From Bacillota bacterium (GTDB lineage Bacteria > Bacillota > Clostridia > Christensenellales > UMGS416): a stretch of 64,000 nt of DNA. Below the pieces are notes generated by a model, which saw nothing but the letters and a program-made list of their open reading frames with translations, made no database searches and had not been told where the DNA came from. The translations under genes and the position numbers were made by a program. The number at the start of each line of letters is the position of its first letter. The first letter of the stretch is position 1. Where the stretch lies: assembly GCA_023422005.1 (NCBI GenBank), contig JAEZSC010000076.1, positions 5,282 to 69,281 on the forward strand, given 5' to 3'. Positions 1 to 11,053 of the stretch are shown here, piece by piece.

Positions 1-103
1 GGCGCAGCAGCTCGGCAGCGGCGGTCACGCCATGCAGAGAGAAGTCCCACGTGGCGATCAGCGCATAGGGCTTGCGCGAGCTATCCCTCTCCTGCGTGTT
101 CAT
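1..103 (-). CDS. 5' fragment (34 codons) of an Ntn-hydrolase, glycosylasparaginase/isoaspartyl-peptidase-like; the gene continues past the window start
   Basis: This is not in the ORF track because no stop lies inside the window. Hand translation from ATG 103..101 gives MNTQERDSSRKPYALIATWDFSLHGVTAAAELLR. The KP-x-x-L-x-TW-x-F-x-LH core resembles glycosylasparaginase N-termini as I remember them. The ATG overlaps the TGA of the upstream gene (ATGA at 100..103). Confidence 0.4.
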   Translation of the reverse strand, partial: MNTQERDSSRKPYALIATWDFSLHGVTAAAELLR

Positions 104-1221
104 AAGCGCTCCACTCTGCCGCTGGCGAAGCTGCGGCTGGCGGCGTCCATGATGCGCTGCACTTCGATGCCGTCCAGAATGTCCGGCGAGGCCGGGCGCT
201 CCTGGGCCACGGCGGTCAGGAAGCTGTACAGGCAGTGCAGATGACCCCGCAGCCAGCCGGAGCTGTTCTTGACCGACGGGAACTGCACGATATCGCCGTA
301 GCGGCTGCCGGTGCGGATGCGCGTGAAGCCCCGGTTGCCGCCCAGAGCGGCCTCGGGGTTGGCTTCATCGAAGAACCACAGCCCGTCTTCGTCGCAGAGG
401 TCCAGTATGATGGCCCCTTTGGTGCCGTGGATCTCCAGCTTGAGCTCGTCGTCTATTCCGGTGGCGATCTTGCTGGCCTCCAGCGTGCCGGCTGCGCCGC
501 CGGCCAGCGTGGCCGTCAGCAGCACCTGGTCCTCGGCCACGGCGTCGCTCAACGTGCCGTCGGGCAGCGGCCTCTGAGGATACAGCGTGCGGGCCTTTCC
601 CCACACTTCCGTAAAGTCTCCCAGCAGATAACGGGTCAAGTCGATCAGGTGGCTGCCCAGGTCCAGCAGCACGCCGCCCTCGTCGGCACGCATCTTGAAG
701 CCCATGGGCCGGTCAGCGTAGATGGATCCGGAGTGCAGATAGCGCCCGCGGAAGCTGATGATCTGACCCAAACGCCCCTCTTCGATGAGCTCCTTGGCCC
801 GCATCGTCGCGGCGAAGAAGCGGTTGTGGAACACCATCTGGTGTGTAAGAGCCTTGCCCTGCAATGCCTGGGCGATGCCCTCGGTCTGTGCCAGATCCAC
901 GACCAGCGGCTTATCCATGTAGACGTGCTTGCCGCGCTCGATGGCATAGAGCAGCATGTCCCGGTGCAGGCCGTTGGGCGAGCTGATGGTTACGGCGTCC
1001 ACCTGGGGGCTGTCCAGCAGCGCGCGCCAGTCTTCAAACACCAGCGGGAAGCCGCCCTCGGCCACGGCGCGGCTGCGGCTGGTGCAGCTTTGGCTGGCCA
1101 CGGCGGCAAGCTCCGCCGTGAAGGGCAGGTCCCGGTAGAAGAAGGGCAGCGAACGGCACCCCCACGAGTGGGTGCGGCCCATGAAGCCGTAGCCGATGAC
1201 GCCAAGTCGGATGTGTTTCAT
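100..1221 (-). CDS. Gfo/Idh/MocA family NAD(P)-dependent oxidoreductase
   Basis: ORF 100..1350 was trimmed to ATG 1221. The product starts MKHIRLGVIGYGFMGRTH, a Rossmann start typical of the family. GGAGG lies just upstream at 1226..1230. The longer N-terminal extension has no SD. Confidence 0.85.
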   Translation of the reverse strand: MKHIRLGVIGYGFMGRTHSWGCRSLPFFYRDLPFTAELAAVASQSCTSRSRAVAEGGFPLVFEDWRALLDSPQVDAVTISSPNGLHRDMLLYAIERGKHVYMDKPLVVDLAQTEGIAQALQGKALTHQMVFHNRFFAATMRAKELIEEGRLGQIISFRGRYLHSGSIYADRPMGFKMRADEGGVLLDLGSHLIDLTRYLLGDFTEVWGKARTLYPQRPLPDGTLSDAVAEDQVLLTATLAGGAAGTLEASKIATGIDDELKLEIHGTKGAIILDLCDEDGLWFFDEANPEAALGGNRGFTRIRTGSRYGDIVQFPSVKNSSGWLRGHLHCLYSFLTAVAQERPASPDILDGIEVQRIMDAASRSFASGRVERL

Positions 1222-1242
1222 CGTTCCTCCCAAATGCGGCAT

Positions 1243-1269
1243 TTGTCCGCGTGCAAACGGTGGTATAAT
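1243..1269 (+). promoter_or_regulatory. Candidate sigma-70 promoter with an extended -10 for the GtrA/PP2C unit
   Basis: TGGTATAAT at 1261..1269 is a perfect TGnTATAAT. A weak -35, TTGTCC, sits at 1243..1248. The element lies 35 nt upstream of ATG 1304. Confidence 0.45.
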
Positions 1270-1303
1270 ATAGTTGTAACTGTCCTTATCATAGCAAACC
1301 GCG

Positions 1304-1741
1304 ATGGGAGTGGCAACGATCATGAACGCCTTGGTAGAGCGCATCCGCAAACACCGGCAGTTCCTGCTCTACGCCCTGGTGGGCGCGGCCAACACGCTGG
1401 TGACCATGGGCGTGCTCTATGTGACCCGGGAATTGGCCGGCTGGTCGGGGTGGCTGTGCTACCCGCTGGCCTATGGCGCCGGCGCCGCCAACGGCTATTT
1501 TTGGAGCACGCGCTCGGTGTTCCGCGTGCGCGGCACCGCCGGCAACCTGACCAGGTTCCTGCTGGTCAACGTGGCCACGCTGGGCGTGAACCAGGGGCTC
1601 ATGTGGCTGCTGGCCGACCATTGGGGCGTGTATTCCCTGCTGGCGCAGGCGCTGGTCACGCCCTTTACGTTCATCGCCAACTATTCTCTGAATAAACTGT
1701 GGACCTTCGCCCAGCCGGGCGGGGCGCGCCCGGAGAGCTGA
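1304..1741 (+). CDS. GtrA-like membrane protein
   Basis: RQFLLYALVGAANTLVTMGVLYV and the C-terminal FIANYSLNKLWTF are GtrA-family hallmarks, and the protein has 4 hydrophobic segments. An alternative start is ATG 1322. Confidence 0.75.
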   Translation: MGVATIMNALVERIRKHRQFLLYALVGAANTLVTMGVLYVTRELAGWSGWLCYPLAYGAGAANGYFWSTRSVFRVRGTAGNLTRFLLVNVATLGVNQGLMWLLADHWGVYSLLAQALVTPFTFIANYSLNKLWTFAQPGGARPES

Positions 1742-1742
1742 T

Positions 1743-2531
1743 ATGGGTCTGACCACATTGCTTGGCGGCAAGGGCGCACCGGTCACGGCCACGCGGTGCG
1801 GCGGGGCTCAGGCCGCGTGGGCCCACTGGCAGGGCAGCCGCGCCGAGCAGCAGGATGCCTGCGGCGTTTTTTGCAATGGCTCGCTGATGCTGGCGGCGGT
1901 GGCCGACGGCATGGGCGGGCTGGCCCGGGGTGCGCAGGCGGCCCGTGCGGCCATAGAGGCCTGCGCCCGGGAGACGCCCACGCTGGCAAAACAGCCGCTG
2001 GAGTTCGAGACTCTGCATGAGGCGCTGCTGCGCATCAACCGCGCCGTGCACGATGCCGTGGGCAGGCCCCGCGCGGCGCTCAGCGGCACCACGCTGGTGG
2101 CCGCGGCGGTGCAGCAGGGTTCGCTGCGCTTGATGTGGAGCGGCGACAGCCGGGCGTATCTGTGGCGGCGGGGCAAGCTGATCCCGTTGACCTTCGACCA
2201 CAACTACGAGCGCCAGCTGCTCTCGCTGGCCGCCGAGGGGAGGCTGACCGAGGACCAGGCGCGCTCCCACCCCAAGGGCGCGCACCTGACCGGCTATCTG
2301 GGCCTGCGGGAGCCCCAGGAGTACAGCATCTCCGGCACGGCCACGGAGGTTGCGCGTGGCGACGCGCTGCTGCTGTGCACCGACGGGCTGTATCACGCGC
2401 TGGGTGAGGACGCTTTGCGCAAATACCTCTCGCTGGACGCCGAGAAAGCCGCCGGCGCGCTGATCCGCGCCGTGGCCCGCGTCAATGCCCCCAACCAAGA
2501 CAACGCCACCGCCTGTGTCGTCAGGTGGTAA
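1743..2531 (+). CDS. PP2C-family Ser/Thr protein phosphatase
   Basis: AAVADGMGG, LLLCTDGL and a C-terminal DNATACVV are PP2C metal-binding motifs. The ATG lies 1 nt after the GtrA stop. Confidence 0.8.
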   Translation: MGLTTLLGGKGAPVTATRCGGAQAAWAHWQGSRAEQQDACGVFCNGSLMLAAVADGMGGLARGAQAARAAIEACARETPTLAKQPLEFETLHEALLRINRAVHDAVGRPRAALSGTTLVAAAVQQGSLRLMWSGDSRAYLWRRGKLIPLTFDHNYERQLLSLAAEGRLTEDQARSHPKGAHLTGYLGLREPQEYSISGTATEVARGDALLLCTDGLYHALGEDALRKYLSLDAEKAAGALIRAVARVNAPNQDNATACVVRW

Positions 2532-2589
2532 TGCGGGGCTGCCGCTCTAAGCGCATAAATGCATAAAGATATGTACGAGGAAAGGGTTT

Positions 2590-2722
2590 CGCGCTTGTTA
2601 GCGCGACCTGCGCACCACCTCGCCGGCATCCGGCCGGCAGAAGCGGCAGAGCCGCTTCTGGTGGCGCTGGGCTACGCGCCATCCAGGCGCAGGGGCCAAA
2701 GGGCTTTCCGATCGCCCTTTGG
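2590..2722. repeat. GC-rich multi-hairpin intergenic element
   Basis: Three hairpins were read by eye: GCGC-ttgtta-GCGC (2591..2604), CAGAAGCGG-cagag-CCGCTTCTG (2638..2660) and CCAAAGGGC-tttccgatc-GCCCTTTGG (2696..2722). No credible ORF is present. Confidence 0.4.
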
Positions 2723-2806
2723 AAACCTTCGGCACCTTCTTCTTGTATAACAACCCAATTATGAGACTAACGCGAAAGCCCATTCCAATTACACAGGAGG
2801 TTCTCA

Positions 2807-2911
2807 ATGAACTTAAGCCCACGCTGGAAACTGATCATCAAGATTGCCGCCATCGCCGCAGCGCTGCTGATGGTGCTGGGGATGGCGCTGCCGTATATCA
2901 GCTCGTTCTAA
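2807..2911 (+). CDS. 34-aa hydrophobic micro-protein (single TM), not in the ORF track
   Basis: AGGAGG at 2795..2800 lies 6 nt before ATG 2807. The translation is MNLSPRWKLIIKIAAIAAALLMVLGMALPYISSF, ending at TAA 2909..2911. Confidence 0.45.
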   Translation: MNLSPRWKLIIKIAAIAAALLMVLGMALPYISSF

Positions 2912-3031
2912 CATCATCAAGTATCATTTCCTTACATGACTTGCCGGGCGTTCCTTAAGCGCCTGTATTGTGATATGCTGATGATATACGCCCTATCCGG
3001 GCGTCTCTTTGCGTTATCAAAGGAGTTTTAT

Positions 3032-4173
3032 ATGCGCATTCTACACACTTCCGACTGGCACCTGGGCCGCATCTTCCACGGCCGGCACCTGACCGGCGAG
3101 CAGGAATACGTGCTGGAGCAGTTTTGCGACGTCGCCCGCGACGCCCGGCCGGACGTCATACTGATCGCCGGCGACGTGTATGACCGCGCGGTGCCGCCGG
3201 TGGACGCCGTGAACCTGTTGGACGACGTGCTGCACCGGCTGGTGTTGGATTTAAAGGTCCCGATCATCACGATTGCCGGCAACCACGACAGCCCGGACCG
3301 GCTGGGCTTTGGCCGGCGGCTGTTCCACAGCCACGGGCTGGCGGTGTACGGCCAGCCGCAATGCCCCGCGCCGGTCGTCACCTTGCGGGATGGGCACGGG
3401 CCGGTACACTTTTTGCCCATCCCCTACGCCGAGCCGCCCTTTGTGCGCGAAGCGCTGGGCGATGAGGGCATCGCCGGGCACGAGGCGGCGCTGGCTGCCC
3501 AGGTGGCGGCTGCTCGTGCCGCCACGCCGGCGGGCCGCTGCGTGGCGGTGGCCCATTGTTTTTTGGCCGGCGGTCAGGCCAGCGACAGCGAGCGCCCCTT
3601 GAGCGTGGGCGGCACAGGCGCTGTGCCGTGCTCTCTGTTCGATGGCTTTGCCTACACGGCGCTGGGCCACCTGCACCGGCCCCAGAAGGTCAGCTGTGAC
3701 GCCGTGCGTTATTCCGGTTCGCTTATGAAGTATTCCTTTGACGAAGCCAACCACCGCAAGGGCATCGTGCTGGCCGAGCTGGATGCCCAGGGGAGCGTGA
3801 GCGCCGAGCTCATAGAGCTCAAACCCCGGCTGGACGTGCGCTGCCTGACCGGAACGCTGGAGGAGCTGATGCGCCGAGGTGAGGAAGACCCCCATCGGGA
3901 TGACTTCATACAGGCCACGCTGACCGACGAGGGCGCGCTGCTGGACGCCATGGGCCAGCTGCGCCGGGTGTACCCCAACGCGTTGCAGATCCAGCGGGCC
4001 TTTCTGCCCGGCGGCCAGGTGGCTGCGCTGGGCGGTGACTACCGCAAGCACACCGACTTCGACCTGTTTTGCGCCTTCTACCGCCAGACCACCGGCCGGG
4101 AGCTGGGAGAGGATGCTCTGGCTGCGCTGCGCGAGGTGCTGCACAGCCTGCGGGAGCAAAGCGAGGTGGGAGC

Positions 4174-4177
<4 letters not shown>
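3032..4177 (+). CDS. sbcD: Exonuclease SbcCD, nuclease subunit D (Mre11-like)
   Basis: The product starts MRILHTSDWHLG, followed by the calcineurin-like phosphoesterase motifs GDVYDR and GNHD. AAGGAG lies upstream of ATG 3032. The ORF-track start at 2936 lacks an SD. Confidence 0.9.
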
Positions 4178-6909
<2,732 letters not shown>

Positions 6910-6929
6910 TGTCATCCCCCGACCGCTTT

Positions 6930-6957
6930 CGCCGGCGACGTTTCGGTGTCGCCGGCG
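6930..6957 (+). terminator. Perfect 10-bp GC hairpin after sbcC (no clean U-tract)
   Basis: The hairpin is CGCCGGCGAC-gtttcggt-GTCGCCGGCG, starting 21 nt after the sbcC stop. Confidence 0.35.
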
Positions 6958-7078
6958 ATTCGGGCGTCTTGTCCTTGGCCGCATATTGATGGGTTGGGTA
7001 GTGACCACTGTCACCGATGTTTCCTCGTGGGTGATGTATATAGTAGACATAGACATCACCGCAAAGGAGTGTTCCGCC

Positions 7079-7381
7079 ATGAGTGCTTATACTGATACCG
7101 CCCCTGCTTCCCGGCGCGAGGTGATGGCCTGCGCCGATGACCATGTGTCCACCGCGGAGTGGATGTGGACCCTGTTCCTGACCGGCATACCTGTGGTGGG
7201 GCTGGTGCTGCTGTTCATCTGGGCCTTCGGCGGTGGCGCCAAGGTCAGCAAGCGCAGCTTTGCCCGCGCCGCGCTTCTATGGATGGCCATCGGCGTGGCC
7301 GTGTCCATCGTCGTCTCCATCATCGCCGGTGGCTCGCTGATGCTGCTGTTCAACAGCATGAACCTTCCCAACATGCAGTAA
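7079..7381 (+). CDS. Small membrane protein, paralog A (unknown family)
   Basis: AAGGAG lies before ATG 7079. The protein has two TM segments and shares the core EWMWT..IPV..LVL.F.WAFGG.AK.SKR.F.RAAL.W.AIG with 7508..7795. Confidence 0.65.
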   Translation: MSAYTDTAPASRREVMACADDHVSTAEWMWTLFLTGIPVVGLVLLFIWAFGGGAKVSKRSFARAALLWMAIGVAVSIVVSIIAGGSLMLLFNSMNLPNMQ

Positions 7382-7396
7382 ATAGGCTAGGGAAAA

Positions 7397-7430
7397 GGCG
7401 TCGCGGAGACATTCTCCGCGGCGCTTTTTG
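7397..7430 (+). terminator. Rho-independent terminator between the two paralogs
   Basis: The stem is GGCGTCGCGGAG-acatt-CTCCGCGGCGC, followed by TTTTTG. Confidence 0.55.
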
Positions 7431-7507
7431 CATATCGTTATTGTTGATGGCAGAAAACATTCGACATACAATATATTATAGGATCGTTCATAAAGGAGTC
7501 AGGCATC

Positions 7508-7795
7508 ATGGGTATGTATCCCAACGGAGTTCCTGTGCGCCCTCTGAACAACAATGCCTACTACACCGAAGAGCCCGTATCCACCGGCGAATGGATGTGG
7601 ACGACGCTGCTCATGGTCATTCCTGTTATCAACCTCGTGCTGATGTTCGTGTGGGCCTTCGGTGGTAGCGCCAAGGCCAGCAAGCGCAACTTCTTCCGCG
7701 CGGCGCTGATCTGGGCGGCCATCGGCATCGGCATCTATCTGCTGGTGTTCATGATCGTGCTGTTTTTGGGCGGCTCCATGCTAGGGAATCGCTGA
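7508..7795 (+). CDS. Small membrane protein, paralog B (unknown family)
   Basis: AAGGAG lies upstream. In the conserved core, 34 of 49 hand-aligned positions are identical to paralog A. Confidence 0.65.
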   Translation: MGMYPNGVPVRPLNNNAYYTEEPVSTGEWMWTTLLMVIPVINLVLMFVWAFGGSAKASKRNFFRAALIWAAIGIGIYLLVFMIVLFLGGSMLGNR

Positions 7796-7844
7796 ATCAA
7801 TGGGGCGTCCGCAAGGCGGATGCCATGCTTTGTTCAGCGCTTCC

Positions 7845-8264
7845 CTAGAACAACAGCGGCAGCCGCATGGCGTGCACGGCTTCTTCGTCGCGCAGCCGCA
7901 GGAACAGCTCCCTGAGCCGCGGGCTTGCAGCCTGGCGGCTTAGCTTGGCATAGCGCGCGTAATCCTCGGTCTCGGCCAGCAGGCATTCCCGCAGGGCTTC
8001 GCGGTAGTCGCCGGGGGCGGCGTCGGAGGGCTCGCCCCGCCAGTTCATCTGGGCCAGCGCCGCATAGGCCTGGGCAAGGCTTTTGGCGTGCTCCTCTTCC
8101 TGGCAGCTGAAATCCTGCAGCAGCTTGCGCGCATTCTCATCGGGCGCCAGCGCCGCCAGCGCCGCGTAGGTCCGGCCGCTGCCCAGCTCCTGCGCGATGG
8201 CCCGCTCGATGTCGGCCATGCGCTCAAAGTCAGCCATGACGCTTCCATATCCTGAGCTTAACAT
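7845..8264 (-). CDS. Ferritin-like / rubrerythrin-family diiron protein
   Basis: Two ExxH motifs are present (QEEEHAKS and DEEAVHAM) in a four-helix-like repeat. The ORF was trimmed to ATG 8264, which is preceded by GGGGAGGAATCCGG. Confidence 0.7.
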   Translation of the reverse strand: MLSSGYGSVMADFERMADIERAIAQELGSGRTYAALAALAPDENARKLLQDFSCQEEEHAKSLAQAYAALAQMNWRGEPSDAAPGDYREALRECLLAETEDYARYAKLSRQAASPRLRELFLRLRDEEAVHAMRLPLLF

Positions 8265-8299
8265 CCGGATTCCTCCCCATGACAGGCTACTCCGCCCCT

Positions 8300-9892
8300 T
8301 CATCGTATGCTCTCAGGGGCGCCCTTGATAGTGGCGCCGCGCCGGCCCATCTGCGCGCGCACATAGCCCGCGGCGTCCACGCCCTGCAGCCGCAGCGTCA
8401 GCAGAAAAAACGTGAAGCCCGTGCCGATGGAAATGAGCAGGGAGGGCACAGTGGATACGCCCGCGCCCAGCATATGGTGCACGTTGCCCGTGGCGAAGCC
8501 GGTGACCAGCGCCGACAGCGCCGGCAGCACGAACCACCCTGCCCATTCCACCCGCAGGTCCAGCGCCCGGCGCAGCGCGTGCAAGTTCAGCGCGAACACG
8601 ATCAGCGCATCGGCGGCGTAGCCCATCAAAAAGCCGATGAGCCCCAGCTTGGGATCTGCCACCGCGAACCATGTGAACGCCAGCTGCACGGCGCCGCCCA
8701 GCACGTTGTGGGCCATGGCGCGGTTTTGCAGGCCCACGCCGTTGAGCAGGCTGGTTGTGATGATCTGGTAATACACCAGCGCCGAGCCGCCGGCCAGCCA
8801 CCAGAAGTGCTCCGCCGGCACGTTCTGCCCATAGATCAGCTGGCAGATGGGCGGGCCCAGCGGCGTGATCACCGCGATGACCGGCAGCGCGATGAGCCCG
8901 GTGACCTGCATGGAGCGGCCCACCTTGCGGCGCACGTCGGCGGTGTCGCGCAGCGCCGTGCTCTCGGTCAGCTTTGGCAGCATCAGCGTGGCAATGGGGC
9001 TTACGAACGCCATGGGGATCATGTACAGCGGCAGCGCCATGCCCATCATCACGCCCAGCGCGCTGATGGCGGCGGTCTGGCTATAGCCGGCGGCCATCAG
9101 CCGCTGGGGGATGAGCACCGTGTTGGCCGAGGACAGCAGGTTGTTGACCAGCGCCGCCGCGGCCACCGGCAGCGCCATGGCCAGCAGCCGGCCAAGAAGC
9201 CCCCGGCCAGCCCCGGCTGCAGGCTTCACGCCCTGTATGCGCCGCCAGCGCCGGTACAGGCCTGCCAGGAATGTGGAGCTGAACAGCTCACTGATGATCA
9301 TGCCCCCCACGATCAGCGCAGCCGCCTCGGCGCTGCTCTTGGCCGGCAGCAGCAACAGCAGCGCCGCCACGGCCACGATGCGCACGATCTGCTCCAGTTG
9401 GTCGCTGAGCGCCGGCGACCGCACGTTCTGCACGCCGTAGAAGAAGGACTTGACGATGTTCTCCATGCCGGTGAGCGCCAGGCAGGGCAGCAGCAGCAGC
9501 AGCGCCGTCTGCGTTTCGGCGTCGCCCAGCAGCGTTTCGGAAATCCAGCCGGAAAAGCCCAGCACCAAAGCAGCCGCCACGGCAAAAAGGCCGAAGAACA
9601 GCGCCGCCGCTGCGCCCACCACCGCGCCTGTGCCGGCGTGGTCCTTTAAGGCGTTGCGCTCGCTGGCCACCGCTGTGACCGCCGTGCCCACGCCGGAAAG
9701 CGTGATCGCCAGCATCACCGAATAGGCGGGCATCACCAGAGAGAATACGCCCATGCCGTCGGCGCCGATGCGCCAGCTTAAAAATACGCGGTAGCCAAAG
9801 CCCAGCAGTTGCAGGCCGATGCCGGAAGCCGTCAGGATCAGGGCGCTGTAGAACAGAGACTTGCGTGGGATCTTCACGAAACTCCTCCGCAT
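8300..9892 (-). CDS. MOP-superfamily flippase (SpoVB / polysaccharide-biosynthesis / MurJ-like)
   Basis: The protein has about 14 hydrophobic segments. Its N-terminus, MRRSFVKIPRKSLFYSALILTASGIGLQLLGFGYRVFLS, is typical of SpoVB-type proteins. The ORF was trimmed from 9964 to ATG 9892. Confidence 0.75.
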   Translation of the reverse strand: MRRSFVKIPRKSLFYSALILTASGIGLQLLGFGYRVFLSWRIGADGMGVFSLVMPAYSVMLAITLSGVGTAVTAVASERNALKDHAGTGAVVGAAAALFFGLFAVAAALVLGFSGWISETLLGDAETQTALLLLLPCLALTGMENIVKSFFYGVQNVRSPALSDQLEQIVRIVAVAALLLLLPAKSSAEAAALIVGGMIISELFSSTFLAGLYRRWRRIQGVKPAAGAGRGLLGRLLAMALPVAAAALVNNLLSSANTVLIPQRLMAAGYSQTAAISALGVMMGMALPLYMIPMAFVSPIATLMLPKLTESTALRDTADVRRKVGRSMQVTGLIALPVIAVITPLGPPICQLIYGQNVPAEHFWWLAGGSALVYYQIITTSLLNGVGLQNRAMAHNVLGGAVQLAFTWFAVADPKLGLIGFLMGYAADALIVFALNLHALRRALDLRVEWAGWFVLPALSALVTGFATGNVHHMLGAGVSTVPSLLISIGTGFTFFLLTLRLQGVDAAGYVRAQMGRRGATIKGAPESIR

Positions 9893-9981
9893 GACTGTAT
9901 TGCCATGTACTACAGTATGCGTGGGTGGGTGGGGGAATGCTCGGCCTGTGTGGCAGCGCCGCAAGTTGAAATATTAACTGA

Positions 9982-10010
9982 TTGTTAACTCCAACGCGTT
10001 GTGCTATATT
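9982..10010 (+). promoter_or_regulatory. Candidate sigma-70 promoter for the orphan gene
   Basis: The -35 is TTGTTA at 9982..9987, followed by a 17-nt spacer. The extended -10 is TGCTATATT, with the TATATT hexamer at 10005..10010. Confidence 0.45.
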
Positions 10011-10098
10011 GATGCCGCCGAGACATTTGCTTATCGTTTGAAAACTTATGACTTGTTGCGCTATCGAGTTTGAAGTTTTTGTATGAGGAGGTGAGCTC

Positions 10099-10920
10099 AT
10101 GAGCAAGACGGATTCACAGGTAGCGGCAAACACAAGATTGTTGAATAAAAAAACCAACAGATCGAAAAAAGGGAATGGCAGGTTGAAAGCCGTTGAACGC
10201 GATCTGTATTCACTTAGCCGCAGAGAAGGACTCCAGGACATCGGGGAGATGCTTCACGGGGACACCATCGGCTGGAACCGGACCATCGCCGACGCCGCAA
10301 AATATCTGCTGGAAACTGCAGGCGATTTACCCAAAGAGGGAAATGACATCAACGATCTTCTGGCCAAGAGGTTGGAGGGAGAGCACTCTTTTGCGAATTA
10401 CCCTGAAGACGAGAGGGAGCTGTTCACCGATTTTGAACCTGCTGGAAAAATAGTGGATTCTGAGGTGCAGCAATTACTCGCCGATCAGGAAATCCCGAGT
10501 GCGATGAAAGGTCACGGGCTGCTCACGGCAGAGGAGATTGCGGTCCTTCTGGAGGGCTATTATGGACCGGGCGAATCGGGCGAAAAGAAACCACAGGGGG
10601 AACCGGCTCTTTCGCATCAAGAGACAATCGATGGATTGACCAGTAGTCTTTTTGCATCAGAGATGCCGTCTTATGAAGTTACGACGAATTGGCGTGAGGA
10701 AGGCCAAATATATGGGCTCTTATCGGCCGAGGCAGATATTGTTAACGAATTTATCCATACCTGGAACAAAACGAAGGAGCCCGACGATCCTCTCAGGCTG
10801 CCACCATTTGAAGTAAAAAAGCCACCGGAGCCTGCGTTGCAGGAGCATAAGCTTGAACTGGAAATCGGGCAAATGGCAGGAAGCATCCTCTTTGAAGGAT
10901 TGTGCTCAATGCTGCGCTAG
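10099..10920 (+). CDS. Hypothetical acidic soluble protein, no family recognised
   Basis: A strong SD (GAGGAGGTGA) precedes ATG 10099. The 273-aa ORF has no TM segment or signal peptide. Its GC content is visibly lower than that of its neighbours, and it has its own promoter-like and terminator signals. Confidence 0.6.
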   Translation: MSKTDSQVAANTRLLNKKTNRSKKGNGRLKAVERDLYSLSRREGLQDIGEMLHGDTIGWNRTIADAAKYLLETAGDLPKEGNDINDLLAKRLEGEHSFANYPEDERELFTDFEPAGKIVDSEVQQLLADQEIPSAMKGHGLLTAEEIAVLLEGYYGPGESGEKKPQGEPALSHQETIDGLTSSLFASEMPSYEVTTNWREEGQIYGLLSAEADIVNEFIHTWNKTKEPDDPLRLPPFEVKKPPEPALQEHKLELEIGQMAGSILFEGLCSMLR

Positions 10921-10970
10921 GTAACAATGCGGGGGACTTGATTACCCAAAGAAACCTTGCAAACATGAAG

Positions 10971-11009
10971 CAAGCCTTGTGTGACAATGTTGCGGAAGGC
11001 TTGTTTTTT
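10971..11009 (+). terminator. Rho-independent terminator of the orphan gene
   Basis: An 8-bp stem, CAAGCCTT ... AAGGCTTG, is followed by TTTTTTC. Confidence 0.6.
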
Positions 11010-11053
11010 CATTGATAAAATGGGGCCAGAAAATCCAAGGAAGGGTGTATGAA

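Noticed and set aside
235-1695. A 486-aa plus-strand ORF, plus similar large alternative-frame ORFs elsewhere (8279..9649, 12773..13948, 13975..14982, 19310..20776, 25160..26272, 27255..28583, 28887..29777, 31837..32739, 46539..47582, 48291..49547, 60429..61541).
   Set aside because: All are antisense to or out of frame with genes carrying recognisable domains. Their products are dominated by Arg/Gly/Ala/His/Pro/Gln.
1743-2531. The PP2C phosphatase as part of a Ser/Thr kinase/phosphatase signalling pair or a defence-type module.
   Set aside because: No kinase, FHA or effector gene is adjacent. It simply follows a GtrA-like gene, so there is nothing further to support a system.
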